Positions 46,189-59,146 of a DNA stretch of 64,000 bases are shown piece after piece. The first letter of the stretch is position 1. Each line of letters begins with the position of its first letter. A program made the translations under genes and the position numbers. Location of the stretch: assembly GCA_043228905.1 (NCBI GenBank), contig JBHGNT010000009.1:14570001-14634000 (forward strand), in the 5' to 3' direction. This DNA is from Azolla caroliniana. Its lineage: Eukaryota > Plantae > Polypodiophyta. The notes beneath the pieces are model-generated. The model did no database searches and was not told where the DNA came from. It saw nothing but the letters and a program-made list of their open reading frames with translations.

Positions 46189-48032
46189 GCCTTTGCATCT
46201 GGAAGATCAGGAGAAAACAACTTTCATCACAGAATGGGGTGTATCTGTGGCTATCGTAATGATGTTCAGCCTAAAGACCGGGCCCGCCACATTTTAGAGG
46301 ATTATCACGGAAATATTTGGAGAATATATACATGATTTCATGTAGGTATTTCTGGACGACTTCACGGTGTATAGCACCAGAGGGGATCATTTGAGCCACC
46401 TCCGACTATGCTTGGAAAAATGCAGAGCGGCAAGACTGAGTCTCAACCCAGCGAAATGTGCATTCGGGGTGACGAGTGGTACACTGATAGGGCATATCGT
46501 GAGTAGTGAGGACATTGTCGTGGATCTCGGAAAGATTAAGGTGATAATCGAGGCACCGACATCGAAGAACGCGAAGGCCCTCAATCAATTGCTAGGGTAG
46601 ATAAGGTGACACAACTTAATGTTGCAATACCTAGCAGATTTTGCCACGCCATTACATGTAGCAGTGCATCAGACACCATTTAAATGGACAGAAATCAAAG
46701 AGGAGGTATATAAAGCCTTGAAAATAATGCTGACTCAAGCACTTGTCGTCCAACCCCTGACTGGACATGACCATTCCATGCCTTTGTCGATGCATTTGAT
46801 ATAGCCATTGATAGTTCCGTAATGCAGTTGATTGAGCCAAATTGGTATCGACTAGTTTATTATACAGGTCACAAGCTCTCGGCCATCGAACACAACTATT
46901 CAATGACCGAACAAGAGGCTCTGGGGATAATCTATAGCATTAATAAATTTTGGCACGACCTACTCGACCGAAAGTTTGTTTTTCATGTGAACCACGCGAC
47001 ACTACTATACCTAGTCTCCAAACAATCATTGATCAACAAATTAGCTAGATGGATTTTATTACTCCAAGAATTTGAATTTGACATCCATCATAGACCAGGA
47101 GTGTAGCATGCCATCACCAACTATTTTAAGTTGGCTTGAGTAAGGAGAAGCAACCGAATGCATTTACGACGACTTCTCGGACGGATAGATATTACGGATT
47201 TCGGCATCATAAGTCAAAATAGAGGAGTTGTCACTGGACGACAAATGGATTAAAAACATGATATGTTTCCTAACCATAGGGTTGCCACCAACACAGATGC
47301 AGATGGATGAGAAGAAAAGATTAGTGGTGAGAAGCCAGAATTTTTGCCTTCTTCAAGAAATCCTGTATCATAAAAGCAGGGACGACGTGTCCCTAGTGAC
47401 GAGAAGTCGGCAATCTTAAAGAAGCACATTGTGGCATAGCTGACAAACATTACTCAAGGGAAACGACAACCCAGAAGGTATGGCAAAGTGGGCTATGGTC
47501 GCCAACAAGCCATAAGGATGCAACTGCATACTTTCGATAATGTGACCTATGCCGGAGAATGTGACAACTTTCTGAATGTGCCCGCATGTGTCATCAACCG
47601 GTTCTGCCTTTGGAGCCTTTTAAAAATTGGGGTCTTAATTTCGTGGGCCCATTCAAACATGCAACAACACGAACCAGCAATCACTACATCCTGGTCGCTC
47701 TCGATTATTCCACGAAATTGGTCGAGTCAAAGCCATTACTGTACGGTGATACACAAGAAAAGCACCCCTTATTACCCTCAGGCAAACGGACTCGCTGAAT
47801 TGACAAATAAGACATTTCAAAACATCCTAAAGAGGGTTGTCAATGACAATCGAACGGATTGGGATACAAAGCTACATATTGCCATGTGAGCCTACCGAAC
47901 AAGTTTTAAAACGAGTATCCAATCAACACTGTTCTGATTAGCGTTTGGGCTTGAAGTGTTCTAATGCCAATAGAATTCCAAATTCCGAGCTTGTGCATAC
48001 AAGTCTATGAATGCCTAGGGGAAATAGAGTCA
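46189..48032 (+). mobile_element. Degenerate Ty3/gypsy pol fragment (RT-RNase H-IN)
   Basis: DQEKTTFITEWG, FLDDFTVY, LNPAKCAFG, NYSMTEQEAL, LARWILLLQEFEF, STPYYPQANGLAE. Confidence 0.9.
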
Positions 48033-48039
48033 TGTAAAG

Positions 48040-48306
48040 TGTTACCCCGTACGAGATGTACGGAGAGTCAAGTGTGATGAGCGAGGGTCGAATGTTATCA
48101 TGATGTTGTGTATGTGTAGGGGGCATAAATGTAATTGTGAGTCTATACGTATGTGAACACATGCACACGTGTGTGCATGTGGATGGATACGAGGAGGTGT
48201 GAGTGAGTGTCCAATATGAATGCGCGAGGGGGCTTACACCCCTATGTATCTACCCCCTCTTGTACTATTTAACCCCTTATGGGGAATGAATGAAACATGA
48301 ATAACC

Positions 48307-48351
<45 letters not shown>

Positions 48352-51192
48352 ACATCTTTCTCTCTCTCCCCCTTAACATTGAACCCCCTTGGGAGGGTGG
48401 TGGAGCCATTCTAGGCACCACCCCCCACCCCGCAATGCTTCTCAATGCTTGTCTTGCATCTTCATGATCTCTCACCATCATACCATTCATCATCTCCACC
48501 ATTACACCATGTCTATCTTCATCATCAATCATCATCATTATCATTCTCATTAACCCTAACCCTAAAAAGCTACAACACCTTTTGGTGACCACTAAGGCGA
48601 CCCCCCTTTGGAGACGGAGTCGAAGAATGATACGTGGCGATGCAAGTCAATAACGACAAAATATGCAAGAAATGGTGATGGTGATTGAAAGCCGTCGAGG
48701 AATGCAACAGGGTGATGTTGTGCGCAAGGAAGATGAAGAATGTTACGTGGTGATGATCTGCAAGAAATGGAATCGACAACAATATGCAAAAAATGGTGAC
48801 CATGATGTGCACGAGAAGCAAGAAATGACAGATTGATTATCCGTGCCATGATTTTGATACAAATTAATGTCTATACAAGTGTATTTTGTTTGACATGTGA
48901 TTGGTCTTTTTGGCTTGGATTTGATTGCAAAGAAAGAATTAAAAAGCAAGGGAGAAATAAAGCCTATGATCTATGCGAGACCCAACCACCACATGTTGTA
49001 TCTCCCAAAGATGCGAGAGTGCATTTCTATCCACATATGACCGGACACACATGGCCAGAAAGCAACCGACTGGACCAAAGGGAATTGTTGGAACAAAGAT
49101 GGAGAAGGCAATTAAGAAAGCGAAAGAAATACAAATCGACGCGGAAAGACACGACTAGTCAAATGGCCCGGAACAAGGAACCAGAAGTACAACCAAATGG
49201 GCAGAACTCGCCGGAATGGCCGGACAGTGGGCAAGAGTGGCCGGAGTGACCGGATAGCAGCCGAAGTGTCTAAGTGGCCGGACAACAGTCGGAGCGACCG
49301 TAGAGAGGTTGGAATGGCTGAATAACGGCCAGATAGTGGCTGAAGAGCAACCGAGCAACAGTCTGAGCGGTTGGAGAGCGGTTGGAAGGGCCGGAAACCG
49401 GTCGGAATAACCGGATGCAGACAGGCGACCGGGACGACGGACCGGATGCACGACCGGAAGACAACAGACAAATGGTTGGGACAATAGCTGAACAACGACA
49501 GAAGTGGCGGCAAATAATCAGCGGTAGCAGCGAAAAATTAGCGATGAAGATGGTCGGACAACAAACGGCCGAGTAAAAGCGGTCAGACGAATGACGATGC
49601 CAAACAATGCTAGAACTGGCTGGATGAACCGGACAGACGAGCGGACGAGATGGACAAGCATCAGATAGCCGATGATCGGACAGACGGCGGGAGGAGGACT
49701 GGAATCGACCGACACGCCGGGCACGCCGGACAAAAAGACGGACGATGGCCGGAATAGTAAACATCGAATGGTTGTAGAGGCGGCCGAAAAGACACGACCA
49801 GAAGGGCCGAAGACAGAGACGGCAACCAACTGACAACCGACAGACAACAACGGCTAGACACAACCGAACCGCGGCTAGAACGGAGGCTGGAAGAACGGCC
49901 GGATAGATGGCCAAATATTGATGAGTGAATAGAGCGGTCATGCGACGAATCTCGGCCAAAACAAGCAGCTGACTGGAGACTGGCCAGACAGGCCTAGCGA
50001 CGACGAGAAAGGGAGATGGTGATGACCGACACAGAGATGAAAGGCGCCGGGACGATGAATAGCAGCGGCCAAAGAAGCGACAACAATGAATATAGAAGGA
50101 CGGAAACGACGACGACATCACAAAGAAGGAGATAACGTGCAAGCAAAGGGAGAGTGAAGGTCACGTTTCCTCCCTACCCCGAAACGCAAAAACAGAACAA
50201 GGACGAAGTGGAAGAAACAGAGATAGAAGAAGAAAGAGAGAGGAGGAAAATGGAACATAAGAAGGAAAGAAGAGGGGTATAGAAGAAGAAGAAGAACAGA
50301 CAGAGAAAAGAAGAAGAGAAGCGGGAAACGAAAGTAGAAAGAAGTAGAAAGAGATGAGGGATACACACAAGAAAGAGTGTAATAACGGACCACAACAATA
50401 ACCTAGAGATAAAGACGAAGTCAGAGCATTACAAAAACAAGAAGACAGGAATGGATAAAGACGAAATTGAAGCAGAAGATAGGACGGGAAGAAAAATAGA
50501 GAAAGGGCAAGAGAGAATGATAGGGGTATGGAACATAATTTTAAAACATGAGGGTATTTGATAATATTTCAAAAACAAAGGGTAGCAACCTAAAATTTCA
50601 TAAACTTGAGGGCACCGACAAAATTGTAAAAACTCATCCACCTAGAGAAATGGATGTGATCAACAACGACAACTCACACAAAATTAAAGGAAGAACACAC
50701 ATACACACAATGTGCTTTTGGACCCATGATGAAGTTCGTAAGCCGATAGAACGAGAATGTTTGTGTCGTGGACGATTTGCTGACCGACAAAGATGTTCGA
50801 GTCAAGCATTCCGATCGAGGGAGTCGATCGTTGAAAGGACAGATGGAAGTTTCGGTCGAAGAAATATCATCATCAAGGCATGTGGGATCGACGTGCAAGG
50901 CACTTTCCCACGGGCGTGCCATATTGTGTTACCCCGTACGAGATGTACGGAGAGTCAAGTGTGATGAGTGAGGGTCGAATGTTATCATGATGTTGTATAT
51001 GTGTAGGGGGCATAAATGTAATTGTGAGTCTATACATATGTGAACACATGCACACGTGTGTGCATGTGGATGGATACGAGGAGGTGTGAGTGAGTGTCCA
51101 ATATGAATGCTCGAGGGGGCTTACACCCCTATGTATCTACCCCCTCTTGTACTATTTAACCCCTTATGGGGAATGAATGAAACATGAATAAC

Positions 51193-51236
<44 letters not shown>

Positions 51237-51462
51237 ACATCTTTCTCTCTCTCCCCCTTAACGTTGAACCCCCTTGGGAGGGGGGTGGAGCCATTCTAGG
51301 CACCACCCCCCACCCCGCAATGCTTCTCAATGCTTGTCTTGCATCTTCATGATCTCTCACCATCATACCATTCATCATCTCCACCATTACACCATGTCTA
51401 TCTTCATCATCAATCATCATCATTATCATTCTCATTAACCCTAACCCTAAAAACCTACAACA
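48040..51462 (+). mobile_element. Complete non-autonomous LTR element (LARD/TRIM-like, 3.4 kb)
   Basis: Near-identical LTRs 48040-48577 and 50927-51462 (TGTTACCCC...TACAACA). TSD TAAAG. PBS-like TGGTGACCACTAAGG. No recognisable RT. Confidence 0.92.
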
Positions 51463-54400
51463 TAAAGATTTCGTGCGGAAGCTTTACAGACACAACCGAC
51501 TTCATCGGTTGCCAATAGAGAAATGTTGCAGGTTTAATGGAAATTTTACACAATACATAGAGAGAGAGTACACGGGAGAGACATGTTGGGAAATCGGTTG
51601 CTCAGGATTGGATCTGGTCATGAATGAAGAGGACCCGGTGAGAACTGGATGGACCCGGTGAGAATCGGAAGAGAAGACATATTTGTAAATATGTTTTGAG
51701 TAAGCCTATTGAGGCTATATTTGTAAATAGCCCTAAGTTCATATAAGTATAAATATGACTTAGGGCAAACACTTTATATGTTGTTCCCATTTTTCGTTGA
51801 GAGATAACTATTGTAGAGAGAGAGAGAGAGAGAGATACAGAGCGATACTCTGTTGTAATTGTCGACTGGCGAAGATACAGAGCTCGAGGTCATTGCCTCT
51901 GAGTCTCTGTTTGTACCTTTCCTATATAGTGATAGTTTGGAGTTTGTGGACTCCTGTGGTTTTTCCCTTAGGGTTTTCCACGTAAACATCATGTGTATCC
52001 TCTATCGTTGTCTGTGTGTGTAAATGTGCTCACTCCCTACTTCCCATTTCTGTGTTTGATTTCCATCCAAGTGATTCAAGACTTGGTTGTGGCCGAGCAA
52101 TATTCCACACTATTCTCTTCAAACTAGTATTAGAGCAAACAACACAGGAAATGGAAGAATCGTTCGGTGGCATGCTCAAGCTCACCGGCTCCAACTACTT
52201 AGTGTGGAAGTTGAAGATGAGGGACATGCTGGTGTTTAAAGATCTTTGGTTGTCGGTTCAGTTCGGGGACAAGAGACCGGATAAGATCGACACCATAGTG
52301 TGGGAGGTGATGCACATGAAGACGATGGCATACATCTGGTGCTTCATCGACATGAGCTTGTACAACAACTTCAATGAAAAGAGCAAGCCTCATGAACTCT
52401 GGGAGAAGATCGACATCATGTTCCAAAACAAGAATACTGTTAATTGGGTTTCGGTATTCCGGAAGCTAGTGAGGCTCCGGTACTAGGACGGCTCCAGTAT
52501 GGCGGAGCACATGAATGCCTTCCAGGGACTGATACACTAAGCCACCTCGTTGGAAGTACCTCTCGTCGATGAGGTACTCGCATTACTCCTGCTAGTTGTC
52601 ACATTGGGCAATGCCGGGCCGGAAGGAAAACAATTGTCCCTAACAAGAGTCAAGTCAAGCTTGCTGGATGAAGAAGCTCGCCGAAAGGACTGGGAGTTCA
52701 GAACCGATCCGAAGGCCTTGGTCACGAAAGATGACCACAATCGGGGAAGAGGCTAGTATCGAAGTCCCCAAAACCGGGACAAATCGGGGACGAGGTCGAA
52801 GTCAAGGGGGAGGCCTTCTTGATTCTACTGTGGGAAGCCAGGGCACTTCCAGAAGAATTGTCGGCATTTCCGGAAAGAGAAAGAAACCGGCACTACCGAT
52901 TCGAAGAAGAGTTCGGACCGAAACGGTTCAGATCGGAAAGGAATGTTGACAATTGTGACAAGTGAAGAAGAACTCATGCTCATTATCGAGGAGAATGAGG
53001 TAAACCTTGTCGGTGATGAGACAATGTGGGTTGTTGATTCCGGAGTGTTGTTCCACCTGACACCGGATCGGAAATGCTTCTCATCCTACACAGCCGGTGA
53101 TCATGGTTGTGTTTGGATGGGGAATGAAGGTACATGCCGAATTGTCAGCATAGGAGATGTGCTATTGATGACATCAACGGGATGCAAGTTGCTGCTGAAG
53201 GATTTCGACTCGTTCCGGAGGTTCGACTGAACTTGATCTCAGCCGGTCGGCTAGATGATGAAGGCTACATGGGTAACATCCGGAATGGAGTCATGAAATT
53301 CATTAAGGAAAGCTTGATCGTGGCTAGAACCCGGAAGATCAACACGTTGTATCTGATGCATGCCCGGATATGCCGGGAAGAAGTGAACGTTGCATCCGAC
53401 ACTACTAGTGAGCTGTGGCACAAGAGACTATGTCACATGAGTCAGACGGGGATGAAGAGACTTGCCGAAGACAATCTCATTCCGGTGAAGGACGTGCAAC
53501 TTGAGAAGTGCACCGATTGCCTGGCCGGCAAGCAAAACCGAACCTCCTTCCGGTCAGGACCACCGATGAGACGGAATGCACCACTAGAGTTGGTGCATAC
53601 CGATGTGTGTAAAGTGGACACGAAGTCACATGCCGGATCACAGTACTTTGTGACGTTCATAGATGACCATAACCGGAAGTTGTGGGTCTCACCAGTGAAG
53701 ATGAAGGATCAAGTGTTATCCGTCTTCGAGGAGCTCCACGCGAGAGTGGAAAGAGAAACCTGCCGGAAGTTGAAGGCGGTTCAAGCAGATAACGGAGGAG
53801 AATACCGGGGGTAGTTCGAGGAGTACTGTCGGTCGAAGGGAATCCGGCTCGAATTCACTGTGCCGAAGACGGCAGAATTGAACGGACTAGTCAAAAGGAT
53901 GAACCAGACCATAATGGAGAGAGTCCGGAGCATGCTGGCACATGCAAAGTTACCCAAGACGTTTTGGGCTGAGGCGCTGATAACGACGACCTATGTAATA
54001 AACAAATCATCCTCAGTACCCTTGGATGGAGACACACCGCAAAGAGTATGGACCAGTAAGGACGTATCCTACCGGCATCTAAAGGTGTTCAGATATCTCG
54101 CCTACGTGCATGTTGCAAAGGATAAGAGAGCAAAGTTGGATCCGAAGTCCACGCCTTGCATATTCCTTGGATACGAAGACGATGAGTTCGGTTACTGGGT
54201 GTGGGATCTGGTTGACAAGAAGGTGTTCTGGAGTCGAGACATAGTCTTCATGGAGACGAAGGTAATGAACTCCGGATCATCCAATGAAGACCGGCTTGAG
54301 GAGACAAGGACTTACCCAGTTGAAAACCGGATGACACTCGACGAACCGGCCGGATACGGACAAGAAACCAAACTGACCGAGGAAGAAGAAGAAGAAGAAG

Positions 54401-56079
54401 AAGACACCGAAACCGGACAAGATCTTGAATCAGATTCGGATTCGGAACAAACGGAGGAACCGGTAGTCAAAAACCAAGGACGGAGATATCCTCTCCGAGA
54501 GAGAAGAACCCCCCGGAGATTTCCGGATCCAGAGCATGTGTTGCTAACCGATGAGGGGGAGCCAGAAAGCTTCGAAGAAGAAAAGAGGGACACCCACAGA
54601 CACAAGTGGTTGAGTGCCATGAAGGACGAGATGGATTCCCTGCATGAGAACCACACGTATGAACTGACGGAGTTGCCGAAAGGGAAGAGAGCACTCCGGA
54701 ACAAGTGGGTGTACAAGCTGAAACCGGGAGATGCCGGAAATCCACCAAGGTACAAAGCCTGGATCGTGGTGAAGGGCTTCCAGCAAAAGAAAGGAGCGGA
54801 CTTCGATGAGATCTTTGCCCCGATTGTAAAAATGACATCCATCTGGACGGTATTGAGCATAACGGCAAGCATGGACCTCAAGGTAGAGCAACTGGACGTC
54901 AAGACGACATTCCTACATGGTGACCTCAAAGAAGAGATCTACATGCATCAACCGGAAGGATTTGAGAAGAAAGGGAAGGAGCACTTGGTGTGCCGGCTGA
55001 AGAAGAGCTTGTACGGATTGAAGCAAGCTCCCCGACAATGGTACTGGAAGTACATATTTGGTATCTACCATATGTCTCTGCCGTCGGAAGCCTGATGTAT
55101 GTGATGGTATGTACCCGGCCGGATATCAGATATGTAGTCGGAGTGTTAAGCCGGTTCATAAGCAATCCCGGAAGAGAGCACTGGAACGCGGTCAAGTGGA
55201 GACTCCGGTATTTGAAAGGCACCTCGAGTATGTGCCTCCGGTAATCCCCAACTTGACGGATTCACCGATTCGGATATGTCGATTGATGCGGATACCAACT
55301 GGTCTACATCCGGATATGTCATGACTTATGCATGGGGAGCTGTTTCGTGGCGGTTGAGGCTTCAGAAGATGGTTGTGTTGTCAACCACGGAGGTGGAGTA
55401 CATGACAGCTGTGGAAGCCGGCAAGGAGATAATCTGGATGAAGGACTTCATTGAAGAGCTAGGGATCCAATAGGAGGAATACCGGCTCTACTACGACAGT
55501 CAAAGTGCCATCCACCTTGCAAAGAACGCATCCTACCATTCTCGGACGAAACATATCCATCGGAGGTAAAACTGGATCCGGGAGAGAGTAGAAGATCAAG
55601 AGTTCATGCTGACGAAGATCCACCCGGAGGAGAACGGTGTCACGAAGATGCTCGTGTGCATGTGCTACTTGAGCGGGACCACCGGGGCCACAGACTAGGG
55701 AGGGAGGTCATGAATTTCGTTGAAAAGACGACGATGTGGATGTTATAGTCGAGGAAACCAATGTCACATTTGAAAAAAACCAAGTTTTTTAGACTCAAGA
55801 AGAAGATAGATTTCAAGAAGAATATTAAGAAGAAGATTATATTGATGGTGATGATAATGATATTACATATTGAGCCCCCCTTACACAAGCCCAACTAGAG
55901 GCTTTTATAGTTCTCTGCATGCTTGTGACATGCACAAAACCATGGGCTAAAACCGTGGTTTTATGCACACAGTTTTGCTTATGACATGCATAAAACCATG
56001 GTTTTGTGCACACGGTTTTGTACATTTGTTTCCCATGGAATACTGAATATGGGAAGGAAATATGCAAAATCTAAAGCAC

Positions 56080-56153
56080 TTAGTAGTAGCTTTAGTGGTA
56101 AACTAATTGCCTCCTATCTTGGAGGTGCAACGTTCAAATCTTTCTTGCACCCC
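56080..56153 (+). ncRNA. tRNA-like Pol III cassette in 3' LTR
   Basis: TAGCTTTAGTGG, hairpin GCCTCC-TATCTT-GGAGGT, CGTTCAAATCT. Confidence 0.45.
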
Positions 56154-57755
56154 TTTGTACGCACTCAATGCCATTAGGCCCTAGGATTATTTATTATTGA
56201 TTTATTTTCATTTTTACAAGTATTTGTGTAATGTGTGTGGAACCAGACTTTTTCACTTTTTCTCCCACTAGACGTGCAACATAATGACATCCACCCCCAC
56301 CAAACCGCACATCCTCTGGTATGTGCCAAGAAGAAAAGAGTGATGTGGTGGGGTCAAAGGTGGTTGTTCTTTGATTTCCTCCTTTCTTGTGCCTCACCCT
56401 CACCGTCTTTTTGTCGTCTACTTCGAACATGTCTCTAGTTTCTACCCAAACTGCCGTTGCCATCCGATCCACCATATCATTCGCTCACCTTTTTTATTGC
56501 CATGTCTGGTTTTCATGGCTCCCTTTGCTCCTCCCTTTGCCTCGTGCATGTGCCACCTTCATCTCGGCCATCTCCTTGGTCACCTAACTTTCCTTTATCA
56601 TCCTTTGTCGTCTCATGCTTGCCTTCCTTATGCTCACTAACCTCGACCGGGTGTCGCGGCTCGTCTGCTTCGACCTCTGTCTAGGCCGGCTCAACTTCTG
56701 TCTAGATTAGTCTTGACCAATCAGGTTCTGGCTTGGTTGGACTTTGTCCGTATTCACATTTGGCCGAATCGGACTCAGACGATCGACTTTCGTCCGGGTC
56801 AGTTTCCATCCGGTTTTCGGTTGGGTCGGGCCCGGTTGATCAACTCTCGTTCGGGTCGGCTTCCGTTCGGGTCGAAATACCAACCGGGTCATCTTCCATC
56901 CGGACTGTATTACGGTTCATTCTTTCTTGCCACTCTCTGACTCTTCATTGAACTCTATTGTAGCTTTGTTTTTGGGGTCCTTGTTGGCCACCGTTCCTCT
57001 GTATGCGCTAGCTTCGACCCTCATTTCCTCGCCGCCACCTTCCATCTCTCCAGTCTTATGTTGGCTCTTGGGCACAATTTCCGAAGTCTTCGGAACTGGT
57101 GTGGAGGGATCCCTTTGTCTATGGCCATCCTCCTCATCGCCGTTTCGGTCCTTCAATTTCTTTCCGCCACCTTTCGTCTCTCCGGTCTCATGTTGACACT
57201 CGGGCACAACTACTGAAGTCTCAGGAACAATTGTGGGGAGAACCTCGGCACCATTGGTGACTGTCGATTCACCCATAGACATCTTTCCCTCAACGTTGTT
57301 ATTCGCTTTGGCTTCAAGCTTTGCTTCCCCGCCACTTTCCGTCTCTTAGGTCTCATGTTAGCTCTTGAACGCAATTGCCCAAGTCTCTAGATCAAGTGTA
57401 GTCTTGACACGACCATCCGCCATGGACTCATGCATAGCCATCTTCGACTCGATGTCGTTTCTCATGGCTACCACGTCAGCCTCGCACTCTTTACATCCCT
57501 CGATCACGCAAGCTTTGCTCATGCTTGCACCTTCATTACTCGATGTGTGTTCCGAGACATTTGTCCTCGCTTGAATGGCGTTTGCCGTCCTTGATCCATT
57601 GGTTTCATTCTTCGTCGTTGTTTCTTTGCAAGAGGAGAAGTTGTCTTGTTCCACACCTTCTGTCGTGGTACCATCGTGGTACCGAACTTGGGCATTCATC
57701 TTGGCCCTTCATTAACCCGCATTCATCGGGAGGTCTCTTCTTCCTCGATCACCAT

Positions 57756-58577
57756 CTACTTCAGTTTTTGCTCCTTTTGAAGCTTCTCTTTAGCCTCAAC
57801 TTGCGCCATTAAGTTCTCGAATGCCTTTCTCATAAAGACGTCTATGTCGAGTATCGAATCTTCCCTCTTCGAGCTTTCTTCCTTTGGTGGTGGTGTATTG
57901 CCACATCCCGTTCTCCTTTGAACATCCCTCATGGGTCGTGTTGTTGTCGACAAGAATCTCGTCTTCCTCTCGTCGTGTTGTCGGCATACCCTTTCCACTC
58001 TGGCCCAATCCTCGATGAGGCCATTTGCACCATTGTCATCCTCGAGTTGGATTCCAATGGCCTTCCTTTCATATCGATTGATTGTCTTTACAAATAGTAG
58101 AACTTTATTCACCCCCATCAATCTTCGATCCCGCTCTGAGAGTTGAGCAAAGCGACACTTAAACTCAATGAATGCATCCATGGCACTCTGGTGGGTCTTC
58201 ATTGATGACACCCATTGTTCGAACTTGTACAAACTTTGTCCCTTTGGTCTCTCATAGCCATATGCCTCCAATAGAGCCTCCTTGAAAGTCACCCACGAAT
58301 CATGAGCGTCTCGAAGCTCTTTTACCTCTTTGTAGTTTGGTTCCGCCACCACCCGACAAAAGTACTCCAGCCTCATAACGTCATTCACACCTCTCGAATC
58401 CATCTCGACATTGTAAGTGTCTAGAAAATTTTGGACTGTGCCCCCATCGAAATAGCCGACTCGCTCGACCACGCTTTCGACGACTTGTTGGGCCACATCT
58501 CGTCTTTTCCCTTCTCTCGAATATTCCATTATCATCTTTGACATTGCCTCCATGAGATATTCCTCGTCCATTTTCAT
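57756..58577 (-). CDS. Gag-like capsid protein of the non-autonomous element
   Basis: 273-aa ORF starting just after the PBS, with GYFDG..NFLDTY and DSWVTFKEALLEAY, typical of retrotransposon gag. Confidence 0.75.
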   Translation of the reverse strand: MKMDEEYLMEAMSKMIMEYSREGKRRDVAQQVVESVVERVGYFDGGTVQNFLDTYNVEMDSRGVNDVMRLEYFCRVVAEPNYKEVKELRDAHDSWVTFKEALLEAYGYERPKGQSLYKFEQWVSSMKTHQSAMDAFIEFKCRFAQLSERDRRLMGVNKVLLFVKTINRYERKAIGIQLEDDNGANGLIEDWARVERVCRQHDERKTRFLSTTTRPMRDVQRRTGCGNTPPPKEESSKREDSILDIDVFMRKAFENLMAQVEAKEKLQKEQKLK

Positions 58578-58592
58578 CCTCCCATGCCGCTC

Positions 58593-58610
58593 TTCACGTC
58601 GGGTTCACCA
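58593..58610 (-). promoter_or_regulatory. Primer binding site, tRNA-Trp
   Basis: Plus strand TTCACGTCGGGTTCACCA equals the recalled 3' end of plant cytosolic tRNA-Trp including CCA. Confidence 0.85.
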
Positions 58611-59071
58611 AATGATGTTGCGAAGATGCTCACGTACGTGTGCTACTTGAGTGGGACAACCGAGGCCACGGACCAGGGAGGAAGTTCACGAATTTCATCG
58701 AAAAGACGACGATGTGGATGTTACAGTCGAGGAAACCAATGTCACATTTGAAAAAAACCAAGTTTTTTAGACTCAAGAAGAAGATAGATTTCAAGAAGAA
58801 TATTAAGAAGAAGATTATATTGATGGTGATGATAATGATATTACATATTGAGCCCCCCTTACACAAGTCCAACGAGAGGCTTTTATAGGTCTCTGCATGC
58901 TTGTGACATGCACAAAACCATGGGCTAAAACCGTGGTTTTGTGCACACAGTTTTGCTTATGACATGCATAAAACCATGGGCTTAAAACCATGGTTTTGTG
59001 CACACGGTTTTGTACGTTTGTTTCCTATGGAATACTAAATATGGGAAGGAAATATACAAAATTTAAAGCAC

Positions 59072-59146
59072 TTAGTAGTAGCTTTAGTGGTAAGCTAATT
59101 GCCTCCTATCTTGGAGGTGTAAGGTTCAAATCTTACTTGCACCCCT
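59072..59146 (+). ncRNA. tRNA-like Pol III cassette in 5' LTR
   Basis: A-box-like TAGCTTTAGTGG (59079-59090), B-box-like GGTTCAAATCT (59123-59133), T-arm GTAAGG/TCTTAC. Confidence 0.55.

Noticed and set aside
48550-48567. Interstitial telomere
   Set aside because: Only about two repeat units, and they are part of the LTR.
49270-50398. Envelope-like or membrane protein ORFs on the minus strand
   Set aside because: The hydrophobic F/L/S richness follows from the purine skew of the plus strand, and no domain is recognisable.
58593-58610. tRNA-Trp gene
   Set aside because: Only the 3' 18 nt with CCA are present, adjacent to an LTR, so this is a PBS.
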